A DNA stretch of 61,546 nucleotides, taken from Actinomycetes bacterium (GTDB taxonomy: Bacteria > Actinomycetota > Acidimicrobiia > Acidimicrobiales > JAJYXR01). Position 1 is the stretch's first letter, and each line of letters starts with the position of its first letter. Below the pieces are notes generated by a model. It saw only the letters and a list, made by a program, of their open reading frames with translations, was not told the origin of the DNA and searched no databases. The stretch lies in NCBI GenBank assembly GCA_021801525.1, contig JAJYXW010000040.1:1-61546 (forward strand), in the 5' to 3' direction. Made by a program: the position numbers and the translations under genes. Shown in pieces: positions 60,262-61,546 of the stretch.

Positions 60262-61546
60262 TGCCTACCTCATTACCTACCTTATTGCCTACACCGCGGC
60301 CTACACCATGGCCTACACCGTGGCCTACACGCTCGCGACCACCCCGATCGAGGCTCCTGGGCGCCGGGTGCGAGCCAGAAGGCTCGCCTGCAGGGAAGCT
60401 CGCGAGAGGAAGCTCGATCTCGAAGGCGGCACCCCTCGAAGCGCTGCGCACGACACGCGCGCTGCCTCCGTGCGCCTCGGCGATTGCGGCCACGATTGCA
60501 AGACCGAGACCGCTGCCCTCGCGAGCCGGGGCGCCGGGTGCGCGGTAGAAGCGGTCGAAGACTCGCTCGGCTTGATCGTCGCTGAGCCCCGGGCCCTCGT
60601 CCTCGACCCTCAGAAACACCCGGCCGCCGTCCGCTCTCAATCCCACGTGAACCGGGGTACCGGACTGGGTGTGCACGCGCGCGTTGGACAGCAGGTTTCC
60701 CACTGCCTGGCGCAGCCTGTCGGAGTCTCCGAGCACGACGAGCGGACCAGGGGAGTCGAAGGTGTGAGGGCGATCGGGAGAGGCCACGGCGGCATCTTGG
60801 ACTGCCTCGCCCACGAGCTCGGTGAAGTCCACCGGCGCCAGGTCGAGCGGACGCCCCTGGTCGAGGCGAGCAAGTAGAAGGAGGTCGTCCACCAGGACGC
60901 CCATCCGTGCGGCTTCACGCTCGATGCGATCTGCCGCGCTCTGGCGATCCTCTTCGCTCTCCAGCGCACCCTTGCGCAGAAGCTCCGCGTAGCCCCGGAT
61001 GGAGGTGAGCGGCGTGCGGAGCTCGTGGGACGCGTCAGCGACGAAGTGCCTCAGGCGCGCTTCGGACGCGGTCCGGCCACGGAAGGCCGCCTCGATCTGC
61101 GCGAGCATCCCGTTCAGCGCCCGGCCGAGCCGCCCCACCTCGCTGCGCTCGTCGGCATACGCGACCCTCCTCGACAGGTCCCCGTCCGCTATCGCACCTG
61201 CGGTGGCTGCCATCTCCTCGAGGGGTCGGAGGCCGGCCCGGGTGATCCACCACGTGAGCCCGATCAGCGCAAGCACCACCAGCAACGAGACCAGGATCTC
61301 CACATGGTCGAGGGATTCGATCGTCTGGCTGGACGGACTTCGCGCGACGAGCGTAACCAGCGTCCCGCCGGGGAGCGCCAGCGCGGCAGCCTCGTAGTGA
61401 GGGCCCCCCCGAGTGGCTGCCTTCACCATGAAGAACGAGGCGCCGGGGGTGTAAACGCCGTGGCGTGCTCCGAAGCGGTAGTGCCTCGGGTGCGACTGCA
61501 CGGGGAGGTGCGCCGGGAGCAGCGGGGGCGGATCCTGCTGGTCACG
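60248..61546 (-). CDS. sensor histidine kinase (HAMP-HisKA-HATPase), 5' end outside the window
   Basis: ..FVADASHELRTPLTSIRGYAELL..; N/G boxes ..GNLLSNARVHT.., ..DEGPGL.., ..GSGLGLAIV... The reading frame stays open upstream of 61501 to the window edge. The C-terminal tail is repeat-encoded. Confidence 0.85.
   Translation of the reverse strand, partial: RDQQDPPPLLPAHLPVQSHPRHYRFGARHGVYTPGASFFMVKAATRGGPHYEAAALALPGGTLVTLVARSPSSQTIESLDHVEILVSLLVVLALIGLTWWITRAGLRPLEEMAATAGAIADGDLSRRVAYADERSEVGRLGRALNGMLAQIEAAFRGRTASEARLRHFVADASHELRTPLTSIRGYAELLRKGALESEEDRQSAADRIEREAARMGVLVDDLLLLARLDQGRPLDLAPVDFTELVGEAVQDAAVASPDRPHTFDSPGPLVVLGDSDRLRQAVGNLLSNARVHTQSGTPVHVGLRADGGRVFLRVEDEGPGLSDDQAERVFDRFYRAPGAPAREGSGLGLAIVAAIAEAHGGSARVVRSASRGAAFEIELPLASFPAGEPSGSHPAPRSLDRGGRERVGHGVGHGVGRGVGNKVGNEVGNARP
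60261..60332. repeat. 12-bp tandem repeat, about 6 copies (GCCTACAC-type), in the kinase 3' end next to the hydrolase start
   Basis: Encodes GHGVGHGVGRGVGNKVGNEVGN at the kinase C-terminus. The array begins at the hydrolase ATG (60261). Confidence 0.9.

Noticed and set aside
15860-60332. CRISPR arrays.
   Set aside because: All repeat arrays are head-to-tail with no unique spacers and have units of at most 26 bp. No cas genes are present.

Overview
Product calls come from motif recognition in the supplied ORF translations, gene context and manual reading of the DNA. No database search was run. The window is a densely coding, high-GC (roughly 65-70% by eye) chromosomal segment of actinobacterial style. 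GTG/TTG starts and 4-nt NTGA stop/start overlaps are frequent.

Content from left to right:
1. 1-18584: a cell-surface polysaccharide locus. It holds six GT-B/GT4-like glycosyltransferases and one GT2, a phosphoglycosyl-transferase::GT2 fusion, a PucR-like regulator, three secreted or lipoproteins of unknown function, and a Wzx-type flippase fused to a large extracytoplasmic domain.
2. 18508-26907: a taurine/aminosulfonate-type catabolic block on the minus strand (class-III aminotransferase, ald, pta, NitT/TauT-type ABC transporter) with a divergent MocR/TauR-like regulator. No xsc gene is present.
3. 26964-33485: a second polysaccharide block (rfbG-like, rfbF, methyltransferase, GT4, Wzy/O-antigen-ligase-like, Wzz-like).
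4. 33720-36352: pgi and an SDR oxidoreductase.
5. 36406-40647: five consecutive type II toxin-antitoxin modules ending at the 3' end of tRNA-Val(TAC). A conserved repeat carrying tRNA-end-like sequence separates the modules.
6. 40957-43155: a double beta-propeller secreted protein.
7. 43270-52431: housekeeping genes dapE-dapD-dapC-hflX-dapF-miaA-miaB and thrB.
8. 52524-61546: membrane proteins, a VIT-family transporter, an acyl-CoA dehydrogenase, a methyltransferase, merR-menG-menF, a hydrolase, and a 5'-truncated sensor kinase.

The most unusual signals:
- More than 20 short tandem repeats (9-26 bp units) are concentrated at start and stop codons.
- Two independent 17-bp arrays each encode a chain of identical-length mini-ORFs linked by ATGA/GTGA overlaps, placed between or in front of real genes.
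- The TA cassette array is linked to a tRNA.

No CRISPR array, rRNA gene, transposase or integrase was seen.
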